Shown: positions 8,850-19,267 of the stretch, one piece after another
Position numbering within the stretch: position 1 is the first letter of the stretch
Layout: each line of letters starts with the position of its first letter
Assembly: GCA_030695925.1 (NCBI GenBank)
Contig: JAUYOH010000109.1
Location: 32,566 to 96,565, forward strand
Direction of reading: 5' to 3'
Length of the DNA: 64,000 nt
From: Candidatus Omnitrophota bacterium
GTDB lineage: Bacteria > Omnitrophota > Gorgyraeia > Pluralincolimonadales > Pluralincolimonadaceae
Notes under the pieces: model-generated
The model's database searches: none
Seen by the model: the letters and a program-made list of their open reading frames with translations, nothing else
Told to the model about the DNA's origin: nothing
Translations under genes and position numbers: made by a program

Positions 8850-10878
8850 TCTTCTGATTTCCGTTCGGATACTGGATTCTTGTGTGGTATACGCCGGTTA
8901 AGACCTTTGTGAAAGTCAGCGCTATCATATTCAGGTCCTTTAATGTCAGTTCGCATTCGTCCAACTGGCCGTCTATGAACTTGTTGTTTATTATCCTGCG
9001 CACCAGTTCCTCGAGATTCGCCGGTGTCGGATTAGCGAGTGTGCGCGAGGCCGCCTCGACCGAATCCGCCAGATGGACGATGGCCGTCTCTTTGGTCTGG
9101 GGTTTCGGCCCGGGATAACGGAAACCCTCTTCTTCCAGTTTAGCAAGGTCCTCGACTGACTCAAGGGCGCGCTGATAAAAATAATATATAAGGCCGGTAC
9201 CGTGATGCTGCTCGATGAAATCAAGTAATGCCCTGTTGAGATGCGCCTTCTTGGCTTTCTCGAGCCCCTCCTTTACGTGATTTATGATTATTAGGCTTGA
9301 CATCGTGGGCTCAAGTTTGTCATGCTGACTTTCTGTTATCGGCTGGTTTTCCGCGAAATATTCCGATTTCTCGACTTTACCTATATCATGATAGTATGCC
9401 CCGACTCTAGCCAAAAGGCCGTTCGCGCCTATGGTATCGCAGGCGGCTTCGGCCAGATTTCCGACTATGAGGCTATGGTGATAAGTGCCCGGCGCCTTTA
9501 ATATCAATTCTTTCAGTAACGGATTATTCGGGTCCGCCAACTCAAGGAGCGTGATGTTCGTCGTTATCTGCGAGATGGATTCGAATATGTGGAGGGTGCC
9601 CGTAACTATGGCGCCCACAGCAAAACCGTTTACGAGAAACCACAGGGAATCCTTAAAGATAAGGGATGCCTCGATATTATTCAATATCCCCAGACCGATA
9701 ACGCAGAAGACATTGGTAACTCCGACGAAGATACCCGCCTTGAATAGCTGCGACCTTCTTCTTACTCCTCTGACGGCGTATACGCCGATGATGCTGCCCG
9801 CGAGGAATATCAGGGTGGAGTCAAATTTCTCGCCTGCGATAAGGCCGGCCAGGAAGCTGGAGACTACGGCTATGACTATAGCGGGCCGCGCCCCCAACAG
9901 CAAGGCGATCAGCATAGGGCCTATCGCGACGGGTACAAAATAAGCCGGCCCCTCGGACAAAGATATACCTTTACCTATCGCGGCCACGGTCAATATGATA
10001 AAAGATAGGAGTATAAGATGCCTGTTATTCAAATATATTTTGGGTTCATAATACACGAAGTATATGGACAAGACCACTATCAGGACCACCACGATTAAAG
10101 AGATCCCGAAGACGGACAGCGCGAACCGTTCTCCTTCCAGCGACATCGAACGGATCGTTTCCAGTTTCGCCACATGAAAATGCGTGAACCTCTCCCCCTT
10201 TTGGATTATGATCTCATCCTTTTTGACGTCTATAAGTTTCTTTTGGGGTTCGGTAGCGGCTATCGCTTTCTCGCGGCGGGCAGAGGTCTCCACGATATTG
10301 GATTTCAGGTTTGGCGCTAATGCCTTGACCGCTACTGCCGATGCCAATTGCGGCTTTGATTCCTCGGGGGTTTTTAAGTCTTTGACCGCGGTGTTAAATT
10401 CAGTTTTAGAACTTAAATTCCTTATCGTTATCGTCTCTTTACCTTGTTTTGTAAGGTTCTCTTTCTCTTGCGGCGAGATTATCCCCTGCGAGAATATAGC
10501 CGCTAATTTATTCAGGAGAGCCGTTTCATCCTTCTCCGATTCGGGCGATTGCGATGAGGCAAAAAAGTTTTTTACGCTTTGCGCGGCCTTCTCGTATACA
10601 TCGGCATCTATGTCGTAAACATCCTTTACGCCGAGCGCCGCGGTTTCCTTCATCTTTTCCGTTTTTTCGACATCGATGCCGGCATCGTAAGAGAAGTCAA
10701 ACGGCGCGTATATGTCCCTTTCGGATACCTTTCCTATCTGGGGCAGGCTCCCATACGGTATTCTGCCGACGTATATTATAAAGATTAGCGCCGCGCACGT
10801 CATTATGGCGATAAAGAGTTTTATCGCCACGCTCGATGGCATAGGTTTAGGTTTTTTAAGGATGTCTTTATATCGCAT
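8839..10878 (-). CDS. 7TM-HD membrane phosphohydrolase (PgpH/YqfF family, HDIG domain)
   Basis: 679 aa. It has an extracellular N-terminal domain, a multi-TM block, and a C-terminal HD domain (HHSLIVGNLAE, GAYYHDIGK, IEQHHG). It sits in the conserved phoH-pgpH-ybeY context. Confidence 0.88.
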   Translation of the reverse strand: MRYKDILKKPKPMPSSVAIKLFIAIMTCAALIFIIYVGRIPYGSLPQIGKVSERDIYAPFDFSYDAGIDVEKTEKMKETAALGVKDVYDIDADVYEKAAQSVKNFFASSQSPESEKDETALLNKLAAIFSQGIISPQEKENLTKQGKETITIRNLSSKTEFNTAVKDLKTPEESKPQLASAVAVKALAPNLKSNIVETSARREKAIAATEPQKKLIDVKKDEIIIQKGERFTHFHVAKLETIRSMSLEGERFALSVFGISLIVVVLIVVLSIYFVYYEPKIYLNNRHLILLSFIILTVAAIGKGISLSEGPAYFVPVAIGPMLIALLLGARPAIVIAVVSSFLAGLIAGEKFDSTLIFLAGSIIGVYAVRGVRRRSQLFKAGIFVGVTNVFCVIGLGILNNIEASLIFKDSLWFLVNGFAVGAIVTGTLHIFESISQITTNITLLELADPNNPLLKELILKAPGTYHHSLIVGNLAEAACDTIGANGLLARVGAYYHDIGKVEKSEYFAENQPITESQHDKLEPTMSSLIIINHVKEGLEKAKKAHLNRALLDFIEQHHGTGLIYYFYQRALESVEDLAKLEEEGFRYPGPKPQTKETAIVHLADSVEAASRTLANPTPANLEELVRRIINNKFIDGQLDECELTLKDLNMIALTFTKVLTGVYHTRIQYPNGNQKNGH

Positions 10879-10880
10879 CT

Positions 10881-11831
10881 TTATTTCCCGTTGTATTTGT
10901 CATACGCCTTTATTATATCCTGAACAAGTTCGTGTCGCACGACATCATCGCCAGAGAAGTGTATAAACTTGATCCCTTCGATATCCTTCAGGACCTCTTC
11001 GGCCTGTAAAAGGCCGACGGCTTTTCCTCTGGGCAGGTCGCTCTGCGTCACGTCTCCGGTTATCACAGTCTTTGAGTCGAAACCGAGCCTCGTCAGGAAC
11101 ATCTTCATCTGTTCGGCAGTCGCGTTTTGCGCCTCATCCAGTATTATGAAAGCGTCGTTAAGTGTCCTGCCGCGCATGTACGCCAGAGGAGCGACCTCGA
11201 TAACGCCTCTTCCCAGGAACCTCTCGACTTTATCCATATCCATCATCTCATAAAGCGCGTCATAGAGCGGCCTTAAATACGGCGATATCTTCTCCTCGAG
11301 ATCACCCGGCAGAAAACCTAAACTCTCACCCGCTTCGACCGCGGGTCGCGTCAATACGATCCGGCTTACATGCCCTAATTTCAGGGCGTTTATAGCCATT
11401 GCCATCGCGAGGTATGTCTTGCCTGTCCCCGCCGGACCGATCCCGAAGACGATATCAAACTGCCTTATCGCGTCGACGTAGGCCTTCTGGCCGCTTGTCT
11501 TAGGCGTCACAAATTGTTTCTTCGATAAGATCTCTATCTTGTCGAGATAGATGGAGTGTAGGTCGAGTTCAACCTGTTGATGTATCGCCTTTATGGCGTA
11601 AAGGATCTCGTGCTGCCTTATGGGGCGGCCTATCCTTATTATATCAAGGACCTGTTCAAATAGGCGCGAGGTGTTTGCCACGTCCTTTTCGGCGCCGCTT
11701 ATCGTAAGGTTCTCTCCGCGCGCGATTATCTTTACGCCGAACTCCCTCTCGATCAGTTTTAAGTTCTCATCATGGCGGCCGAAGAGTATACGGGCTTCCT
11801 CGTCGCTTAATAATTTAAAGACCTTTTCCAT
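10881..11831 (-). CDS. phoH: PhoH-family ATPase
   Basis: 316 aa. It has Walker A GPAGTGKT, a KH-like N-terminus, and IILDEAQN. Confidence 0.92.
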   Translation of the reverse strand: MEKVFKLLSDEEARILFGRHDENLKLIEREFGVKIIARGENLTISGAEKDVANTSRLFEQVLDIIRIGRPIRQHEILYAIKAIHQQVELDLHSIYLDKIEILSKKQFVTPKTSGQKAYVDAIRQFDIVFGIGPAGTGKTYLAMAMAINALKLGHVSRIVLTRPAVEAGESLGFLPGDLEEKISPYLRPLYDALYEMMDMDKVERFLGRGVIEVAPLAYMRGRTLNDAFIILDEAQNATAEQMKMFLTRLGFDSKTVITGDVTQSDLPRGKAVGLLQAEEVLKDIEGIKFIHFSGDDVVRHELVQDIIKAYDKYNGK

Positions 11832-11838
11832 ATGGCCG

Positions 11839-12390
11839 TTACTTTATGTATTCGCTTTCCCTTACCTTTATGCTCTCCAGTTTCGGTATCTTAAGGACTA
11901 TTCCCGGCCGGACCCTATCCGGCGTTCTTAGGACATCCTTGTTAGCGTCAAAGATCCTCTTCCATTTTTTCGTCGTGCCGAAAAATTTCATCGATATCTT
12001 CTGGAGTGTATCGCTTTTTTGGACGGTATAATTCGTAAACTCCTCTTTCTCTTCTATCTCGACGGTCGTTACTCCAGTATCCTCTTCCGTGACCGACGTG
12101 CCGTAGTTTACGCCGGATGATGGAGCAGGTTTTTCCTGCGTGGCTTTCTTCGGCACACGGCTTTCCTCTGTTACAGACGGAAACTCGACCTGTACTTCAT
12201 AATATTTCCTGGTCGTTTTCCTCTCTCCTCCGCCCGAGACGTACGGCGGCGGTGTCCCCTGTAGATATCCTCTGTTGCCGCTGACCCCTTGGTCAACCCT
12301 TTCTCTTTCTATTAATTTCGTATTTACCGAACAACCCGCGAGGGCTGCAACAAAAGTCGCAACTGCCAAAAATACAAATAACCTTTTCAT
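11839..12390 (-). CDS. LysM-domain lipoprotein
   Basis: The signal peptide ends in the lipobox LAGC. The C-terminal LysM reads YTVQKSDTLQKISMKFFG...IFDANKDVL..PDRVRPGIVLKIP. Confidence 0.75.
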   Translation of the reverse strand: MKRLFVFLAVATFVAALAGCSVNTKLIERERVDQGVSGNRGYLQGTPPPYVSGGGERKTTRKYYEVQVEFPSVTEESRVPKKATQEKPAPSSGVNYGTSVTEEDTGVTTVEIEEKEEFTNYTVQKSDTLQKISMKFFGTTKKWKRIFDANKDVLRTPDRVRPGIVLKIPKLESIKVRESEYIK

Positions 12391-12407
12391 CCCGCCGCTC
12401 CTTTCTT

Positions 12408-14174
12408 TTATTTTTTCAAGGTCAATCCGAGTTCTTTTAATTGCTTCTCCGATACATCCGAAGGCGCGCCGGTCATAAAGCAGGCCGCTTTTTGCGTCTT
12501 CGGGAAAGCGATGACATCTCGTATGCTCGCCGAACCGGTCATCATCGCTATTAACCTGTCAAGGCCGGGGGCGATTCCGCCGTGCGGCGGCGCTCCATAA
12601 GAGAAGGCCTCAAGCAAGAATCCGAATCTAGCTTTCGTTTCCTCATCGCTTAATCCTATTGCCTTGAATATCCGTGATTGCGTCTGCCTGTCATGGATCC
12701 TTATCGACCCGGAACTGATCTCGACACCGTTTAAGACAAGGTCATACGCTTTGGCCCTTACCCTTTGCGGATCGCTCTCGATAAATTGGAGATCCTCCTC
12801 GTAAGGCGCCGTAAAGGGATGATGTTCCGCCTCCCATCGCTTCTCTTCCTCGTTATACTTAAACCACGGAAATTCGACGACCCAGAGGAAGTTAAAACTG
12901 TTCTTGGATATCAGGCCATATTTTTCCGCTATCGCAAGCCTTAACTGGGCGAGCACTTCGTTTACGGTATTTTTCTTATCCGCGACCATAAGTATCAGGT
13001 CACCCTTCGATGCCTCCGTCTTTTTAAGTAGCGCCTTTATCCGTCCTTCGTCAAAGAATTTCGCGATAGGGGACTCGACGTGACCGTCGGTTACGTCGCC
13101 GGCCTTAAACCACGCAAGTCCCTTTGCGCCTAGTTTGATAGCCAGTTCCGTTAATACGTCTATCTCGCTTCTTGAGATATCCGCTTTTCCTTTAAAATTC
13201 AGCGCCTTTACTATCCCACCGGCCCCTATTACCTTCTCGAAGGTCTGAAATTGACCGCCTTTCAGGATATCGGTTAAGTCCACAAGCTCCATGCCGAATC
13301 TGGTATCGGGTTTGTCTGTTCCGAACCTATCTACGGCCTCGTGGTATTTCAACCTCGGGAAAGGCGTCTTCAGGTCAAGGCCGATCGCTTCCTTAAATAT
13401 CTCCTTCATCAGGCGTTCGGTAAGGTCGAGTATATCGTCCACGTCGATAAAGGACATCTCGATATCAATCTGTGTGAATTCCGGCTGCCTGTCCGCCCTT
13501 AGATCCTCGTCCCTGAAACATTTCGCTATCTGGAAATATTTGTCCATTCCCGCGACCATCAATATCTGCTTGAATAATTGCGGAGACTGCGGAAGGGCGA
13601 AGAATTTTCCGGGATTGACCCTGCTCGGGACTAGATAATCCCTCGCGCCCTCAGGGGTCGATTTGGTCAATATCGGCGTCTCGACCTCGATAAAACCTTC
13701 TTTATCGAGAAAATTACGCGTGATCTGGCAGACTTTATGCCTGATGATCAATTTGTCTCTCGCGGGTTTGCGTCTCAGATCCAGAAACCTATAAGTAAAA
13801 CGCAATTCTTCCGATATCTGGCTGTCGTCTTCTATCTCGAACGGCGGCGTCTGCGCGGCGTTTAGGACAGTTACCGAAGTCGCCTCGACCTCTATCTCTC
13901 CGGTCTTTATCTTAGGATTTTCCGTTCCTTTGGGGCGGTTTCTTACCTGCCCCTCGACTGCTACGACATACTCATTCCTTAAGTCCTGTGCCGTATGATG
14001 CAGCTCTTTTGATTTTTCCGGGTTAAATACGACCTGAGTTATGCCTTCCCTGTCCCGTAAGTCTATAAAGATAAGCCCGCCGTGGTCGCGTCTCCTGTGG
14101 ACCCAGCCGGCGAGTATTACATCTTTTCCCGTGTCTTTTCCTGTCAGTTCACCGCAGGTGTGAGTTCGTTTCAT
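12408..14174 (-). CDS. aspS: Aspartate--tRNA ligase
   Basis: 588 aa. It has class IIb motifs (FRDEDLRADRQPEFTQID, GGIAPGLDR) and an N-terminal OB fold. Confidence 0.95.
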   Translation of the reverse strand: MKRTHTCGELTGKDTGKDVILAGWVHRRRDHGGLIFIDLRDREGITQVVFNPEKSKELHHTAQDLRNEYVVAVEGQVRNRPKGTENPKIKTGEIEVEATSVTVLNAAQTPPFEIEDDSQISEELRFTYRFLDLRRKPARDKLIIRHKVCQITRNFLDKEGFIEVETPILTKSTPEGARDYLVPSRVNPGKFFALPQSPQLFKQILMVAGMDKYFQIAKCFRDEDLRADRQPEFTQIDIEMSFIDVDDILDLTERLMKEIFKEAIGLDLKTPFPRLKYHEAVDRFGTDKPDTRFGMELVDLTDILKGGQFQTFEKVIGAGGIVKALNFKGKADISRSEIDVLTELAIKLGAKGLAWFKAGDVTDGHVESPIAKFFDEGRIKALLKKTEASKGDLILMVADKKNTVNEVLAQLRLAIAEKYGLISKNSFNFLWVVEFPWFKYNEEEKRWEAEHHPFTAPYEEDLQFIESDPQRVRAKAYDLVLNGVEISSGSIRIHDRQTQSRIFKAIGLSDEETKARFGFLLEAFSYGAPPHGGIAPGLDRLIAMMTGSASIRDVIAFPKTQKAACFMTGAPSDVSEKQLKELGLTLKK

Positions 14175-15449
14175 CTATTTCGTCAGCATCCTTTCGATCT
14201 CGGATACAAAACTGCGTTCAGGTATACTCGATTGTTCTTTTGTATGCATATTCCTTACGGTTATAGAATGATTTTTTATCTCATCCCCTCCGATTAGAGC
14301 GGCGAGCCTCGCTCCGATCTTGTCGGCCGCTCTCATCTGCGCTTTAAGGGACCGGCCCTCGTAATCTATATCGGCGGATATCCCGGCCTTACGCAGTTCC
14401 ATTACCAGTCTAAATCCAAGTCTATACGCCTCATCACCGATCGTAGCGATGAATATATCTATCCCTTCTTTACCTGTTGGGATATCATGTATAGCCATCG
14501 CGGCTCTTTCCATCCCTATCGCGAAACCGCACGCACCCTTCTCCGGGCCACCTAAGTCGGATACGAGATTATCATATCGGCCGCCTGCAGCAATGGCGTC
14601 CTGCGCCCCGAGCTTATGATGGGTAACTTCAAAGGTCGTCTTTGTGTAATAGTCCAGACCCCTTACCAGATGAGGCTCTATCTGATAATCTATCCTTAAG
14701 ATGTCCAAGGCACTCCTTACCGAATCGAAATGTGTCTTGCATTCCGGACACAAATAAGCCTCTGTCCCCTGAAAGATCTTCCGGATCGCGTTCTTGCACC
14801 TTTCTTCTTTACAATCAAGTACCCTTAGGACATTCTTATCATAGCGGACCTTGCAATCGTCGCAGAAATCATTTATTTTTCCTTCGAGCGATTCGCGAAG
14901 TCCGGCAGAGAGATTATTTTTATCCTTGGTACAGCCTAACGAGTTTAACTTTATCTTATAACCTACGACATTAAATGAGTCCAATATCGCGACCAAGAGG
15001 GCTATTACTTCCGCGTCCAGATTCGGATTATAAGAACCTATCGCTTCAACCCCTATCTGGTGGAATTGTCTGGCCCGGCCTGCTTGAGGACGTTCCGCGC
15101 GGAACATCGGGCCGATATAAAATAACTTAGCCAGACCCGTATTTTTATCCATCCCATGCTCAAGGTAAGCCCTCACCACCGATGCCGTCGCTTCGGGCCT
15201 TAGACTGATGGAACGCTCTCCTCTGTCGAGGAAAGTATACATCTGTTTCTCGACTATGTCCGTCCCCTGTCCTATAGAGCGGACAAAGAGCGACGATTCT
15301 TCTATGATGGGCGTCCTCATCTCGCTGAAGCCGAAACAGGCGAAGCCCTTTCTGGCCTTCTCTTCGAGAGCCGTCCATAATCTTGCTTCTTCAGGCAGGA
15401 GATCTTTCGTCCCCCGCAAAGCTTGTATTTGCGTTTTAATTTCTTTCAT
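14175..15449 (-). CDS. hisS: Histidine--tRNA ligase
   Basis: 424 aa with the motifs GTKDLLPEE, FRAERPQAGRARQFHQ and AAGGRYD. Confidence 0.95.
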   Translation of the reverse strand: MKEIKTQIQALRGTKDLLPEEARLWTALEEKARKGFACFGFSEMRTPIIEESSLFVRSIGQGTDIVEKQMYTFLDRGERSISLRPEATASVVRAYLEHGMDKNTGLAKLFYIGPMFRAERPQAGRARQFHQIGVEAIGSYNPNLDAEVIALLVAILDSFNVVGYKIKLNSLGCTKDKNNLSAGLRESLEGKINDFCDDCKVRYDKNVLRVLDCKEERCKNAIRKIFQGTEAYLCPECKTHFDSVRSALDILRIDYQIEPHLVRGLDYYTKTTFEVTHHKLGAQDAIAAGGRYDNLVSDLGGPEKGACGFAIGMERAAMAIHDIPTGKEGIDIFIATIGDEAYRLGFRLVMELRKAGISADIDYEGRSLKAQMRAADKIGARLAALIGGDEIKNHSITVRNMHTKEQSSIPERSFVSEIERMLTK

Positions 15450-15470
15450 AAGGGAAAATAGCGGCAGGTA

Positions 15471-15743
15471 TTATTTAACTTTTTGTTTCATGATCAGTCC
15501 CGGCTTAAAGACAGCTACTTTTTTAGGCGGGACAGGAACAGTTACGCCGGTGCGGGGATTTCTGCCCATTCTTCCGCGCCGGGACTTTACCTTAAATATG
15601 CCGAAATTCCTAAGTTCGACGGTCTCGCCGCCGGCCAACGCCTCGATTATCATATCAAGGACACGTTGGGTCACCAGCTTTACGTCGACTTGTTTGAGAC
15701 CCGTCTCATTAGCGATCTGCAGTACTATCTCTTTTTTAGTCAT
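15471..15743 (-). CDS. HU/IHF-family DNA-binding protein
   Basis: The motif RNPRTGVTVPVPPKKVAVFKPG marks the DNA-binding arm. I set the start at ATG 15743 (MTKKEIV), which is preceded by TAAGGAGG. The longer tracked ORF (to 15818) would overlap the dnaE 3' end and the promoter. Confidence 0.85.
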   Translation of the reverse strand: MTKKEIVLQIANETGLKQVDVKLVTQRVLDMIIEALAGGETVELRNFGIFKVKSRRGRMGRNPRTGVTVPVPPKKVAVFKPGLIMKQKVK

Positions 15744-15789
15744 CGGCTGCCTCCTTATCTCGTAACTTATTATAGCTATTGTATTTAGT

Positions 15790-15818
15790 AAATTATCATT
15801 TTTAAGGAGATTTGTCAA
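15790..15818 (-). promoter_or_regulatory. Sigma-70-type promoter for the HU/IHF gene, embedded in the dnaE 3' end
   Basis: The minus strand reads TTGACA (15818..15813, containing the dnaE TGA stop), a 17-nt spacer, then the extended -10 TGaTAATTT (hexamer 15795..15790). Confidence 0.55.
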
Positions 15819-18800
15819 GTCTTAAACGAGACCGCTCCTTCGCCCAACAGTTTCTCTATCTCAGTGGTCAGACTATCGGATGGTTCCACCTTAAGTCTTT
15901 CTTCCACAGATACTTCTACTCTTTTCCCGTCAGCCATCTTAAAGTTCAGATAGACGGGCGCCGTACCCGGATGTGACTCCAAGATCGACTTTAGGACCGT
16001 AAGCGCCTTCTCGTCTATTCCTGTGGTCGAGAGATTTATTATTATTGCCTGAATGTATTTCTTCTGCAGTTCCTCAAAAGGTATTACGTCATTGGCGATC
16101 AGTTTAGGGCGTTCTTCTCTTAGGTTTACCCTGCCCTTGACGCAGATTATGGCGTCTTTCCTGATGAATTTCTCGGTAGTCGCGAAGGTCTTGGGAAAGA
16201 CCAGGACTTCGGCCTTCCCGCTTAGGTCTTCCAGATTTATGATGGCCATCTTCTCATTCTTGGCTTTTGTGATGGTGAACTTGACCTTGGATATTATCCC
16301 GCCGAGTGCGACCTCTTCTTCCGCCCTTCTCTTGCCGAGGTCTTTTATCGAACAAGTGGCGTAGGCCCTCAGCAGTTTCTCATATTTCGCCAGAGGATGC
16401 CCTGTTATATAAAAACCCAGCATCTCTTTCTCATATGCCAAGAGCTGGCTCTCCGGCCATTCTAGTATCTTTGGGACCTCGTGCCTTCTTGTGTGGACTT
16501 TCGCGTGGCTGTCGAATTCGCCGAAGAAAGACAACTGTCCGCTTTGCCGTTCTTTATGCGAGACGGAACCCGCCTCAAGACAGCCGTCGAGTATCGCCGT
16601 CAATTGCGACCTGTGCAAGCCAAAACCATCCATCGCCCCGCATTTTATGAGGCTCTCGAGCACTTTTCTGTTGACAAGGCGCAGATCGACATGCTCGCAA
16701 AAGTCATAGAGCGTCTTGAATTTTCCGACTCTGTTTCTTGCGGTCACTATCGAGTCAATCGCACCCTGCCCCACATTCTTTACCGCGCTTAACCCGAACC
16801 TTATCGCGTCCTCCACCACCGTGAATTTCGCGAAACTTTCGTTTACGTTAGGCGGCAGGATCTTAATTCCCATCCTCTCGGCCTCATCGATATAGAACGC
16901 CACCTTCTCAATATTGTCCCGCTCCGAGGTAAGAAGGGCCGTCATGAACTCAACGGGATAGTTTGCCTTCAGATACGCGGTCCTGTATGAGATGAGGGCG
17001 TAAGCCGTCGAATGGGACTTATTAAAACCATAGCCCGCGAAATATTCTATAAGGTTGAATATCTTCTCTGCCGTCCTCTTATCTATGTCTTTCTTCGCCG
17101 CGCCTTCGATAAAACTGGACCTGGCCTGTTCCATATCTTCCGGGATCTTCTTGCCCATCGCGCGGCGAAGGCTGTCGGCCTGAGACATCGTGAATCCCGC
17201 CAGCTCCGAGGCTATCCTCATCACCTGTTCCTGATAGACGATGATACCGTAAGTCTCTTTAAGGATTGTTTCGAGCGTTTTATGGTCGTATTTTATCGGC
17301 ACGAGGCCGTGTTTTCTTTTTATGAAGTCTTCGACCATGCCGCTTCCTATCGGGCCGGGTCGGTAAAGCGCCAAGATAGCGATGATGTCCTCGAATTTAT
17401 TTGGGTGGAGTTTCTTTAAGAGTTCGCGCATCCCCGAACTTTCTAACTGGAAGATCCCAAACGATTCGGCGTTGGATAATGACGCGAATGTCTTGGGATC
17501 ATCCATCCGGATCTTCTCTATATCGATCCCTACTGCCTTGATCCGTTTTATTATCTTTATGGTCTCATCTATGACCGTGAGGGTGCGTAAACCGAGGAAA
17601 TCCATTTTAAGCAGGCCTATCTTCTCGAGGGACTTCATCTCATACCCGGTTGAGATCTGGTCTTCGCTTGATTTGAAGAGCGGTATATAATTGGTAAGCG
17701 GCTCATCGGATATGACTACACCTGCCGCGTGAGTCGACGCGTGGCGTGTCAGGCCTTCAAGCGCCAGTGAGGTCTCGATGAGTTGCTTTATCTTCGGGTC
17801 TACTTTATAGAGGTTTCGCAGTTCGGGCTCATATTTTAAGGCCTTATCGAGCGTCATCTCCGGTTCCTGCGGGACGAGTTTCGCGATCCTGTCGACCTCA
17901 CCGTAGCTAATTCCCATGACCCGCCCCACATCCCTTATTACGGCGCGCGCCTGCATAGTCCCAAACGTTATTACCTGGGCTACATTATCTTTGGAATATT
18001 TTTCGATGACGTAATTAATGACCTCGCTCCTTCGCTCGTAGCAAAAATCTATATCTATATCGGGAAGGCTTACCCTGTCCGGATTTAAGAACCTCTCGAA
18101 GATGAGGTCGTATTTCAACGGGTCCAGGTCTGTTATGCCGAGGGCGTAACTTACGACACTCCCCGCCGCCGAACCCCTTCCCGGCCCGACCGGAATGCCC
18201 GCGGATTTGGCGTAACTAATGAAATCCCAGGCGATCAGGAAATAGCTCGTGAACCCCGCCTCTTTAATGATCTTTAATTCATGTTCCACTCTGTCGTGGA
18301 TCTCTTTATCCGTTACTTCATAGCGTTTCTTCAGGCCGTTCTCGACCAGTTCCTTTAGGTATTGTTCGCGGGTCTTTCCTTCCGGCGGCGTGAAATGCGG
18401 AAGATGTGTCTTATTGAATTCCAGCTCGAGATTGCATTTCTCGGCGATCTCCACGGTAGAGTTTATCGCCTGAGGCGCTTCGGCGAAGAATTCTTTCATC
18501 TCATCCGGCGACTTGAAGTAGAACTCGTCGGTCTGAAACTTCATATGGTTGGGATCGTCTAAGGTAGTCTGGGTCTGTATACAGAGAAGCGCTTCATGGG
18601 CGCGGGCGTCTTTCTTCGCGATATAATGGACGTCCGCTGTCGCGACAAGAGGCAGGTCAATCTCTTTTGAGAGTCTTATGAGACCTGCGTTTGCCGTATC
18701 CTGCTCCGGGATCAGATTCTTCTGCAGTTCGAGGTAGAAATTCCCGGTTCCGAATATATCCTTGTATTGCGAAGCGACGGCCTTCGCTTCGTTATATTGG

Positions 18801-19258
18801 TTTTTTACGAGAAGACGCGGTATCTCTCCATGCAGGCAGGCCGATTGCGCGATCAACCCCTCGGAGTATTGAGAGAGGAGTTCTTTATCCACGCGGGGCC
18901 TGTAATAGAACCCTTCGAGATAACCCAAGGAGACAAGTTTCATCAGGTTCCTATATCCCGTCTCGTCTTTTGCCAGGAGTATCAGATGGTAAGAGGCCTC
19001 CTGTATCCCCTGAGATGATTTATCAAACCGGGAACCGGGGGCGACGTATATCTCGCAGCCTATGATCGGCTTGACGCCGTTCTTCATCGCCTCCGTATAA
19101 AATTCTATGGCGCCAAACATATTACCGTGGTCGGTGATGGCGACTGCGGGCATCTTGTATTCACGGGCCAGGCCGATGAGGTCCGGTATCTTGCAGGCAC
19201 CGTCAAGAAGGCTGAACTGTGTATGTACGTGCGTATGGACGAAGTGCGAATGATTCAT
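15815..19258 (-). CDS. dnaE: DNA polymerase III alpha subunit
   Basis: 1147 aa. It has an N-terminal PHP domain (HTHVHTQFSLLDG), a polymerase core, and an OB fold. Confidence 0.96.
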   Translation of the reverse strand: MNHSHFVHTHVHTQFSLLDGACKIPDLIGLAREYKMPAVAITDHGNMFGAIEFYTEAMKNGVKPIIGCEIYVAPGSRFDKSSQGIQEASYHLILLAKDETGYRNLMKLVSLGYLEGFYYRPRVDKELLSQYSEGLIAQSACLHGEIPRLLVKNQYNEAKAVASQYKDIFGTGNFYLELQKNLIPEQDTANAGLIRLSKEIDLPLVATADVHYIAKKDARAHEALLCIQTQTTLDDPNHMKFQTDEFYFKSPDEMKEFFAEAPQAINSTVEIAEKCNLELEFNKTHLPHFTPPEGKTREQYLKELVENGLKKRYEVTDKEIHDRVEHELKIIKEAGFTSYFLIAWDFISYAKSAGIPVGPGRGSAAGSVVSYALGITDLDPLKYDLIFERFLNPDRVSLPDIDIDFCYERRSEVINYVIEKYSKDNVAQVITFGTMQARAVIRDVGRVMGISYGEVDRIAKLVPQEPEMTLDKALKYEPELRNLYKVDPKIKQLIETSLALEGLTRHASTHAAGVVISDEPLTNYIPLFKSSEDQISTGYEMKSLEKIGLLKMDFLGLRTLTVIDETIKIIKRIKAVGIDIEKIRMDDPKTFASLSNAESFGIFQLESSGMRELLKKLHPNKFEDIIAILALYRPGPIGSGMVEDFIKRKHGLVPIKYDHKTLETILKETYGIIVYQEQVMRIASELAGFTMSQADSLRRAMGKKIPEDMEQARSSFIEGAAKKDIDKRTAEKIFNLIEYFAGYGFNKSHSTAYALISYRTAYLKANYPVEFMTALLTSERDNIEKVAFYIDEAERMGIKILPPNVNESFAKFTVVEDAIRFGLSAVKNVGQGAIDSIVTARNRVGKFKTLYDFCEHVDLRLVNRKVLESLIKCGAMDGFGLHRSQLTAILDGCLEAGSVSHKERQSGQLSFFGEFDSHAKVHTRRHEVPKILEWPESQLLAYEKEMLGFYITGHPLAKYEKLLRAYATCSIKDLGKRRAEEEVALGGIISKVKFTITKAKNEKMAIINLEDLSGKAEVLVFPKTFATTEKFIRKDAIICVKGRVNLREERPKLIANDVIPFEELQKKYIQAIIINLSTTGIDEKALTVLKSILESHPGTAPVYLNFKMADGKRVEVSVEERLKVEPSDSLTTEIEKLLGEGAVSFKT

Positions 19259-19267
19259 CGTAAAACC

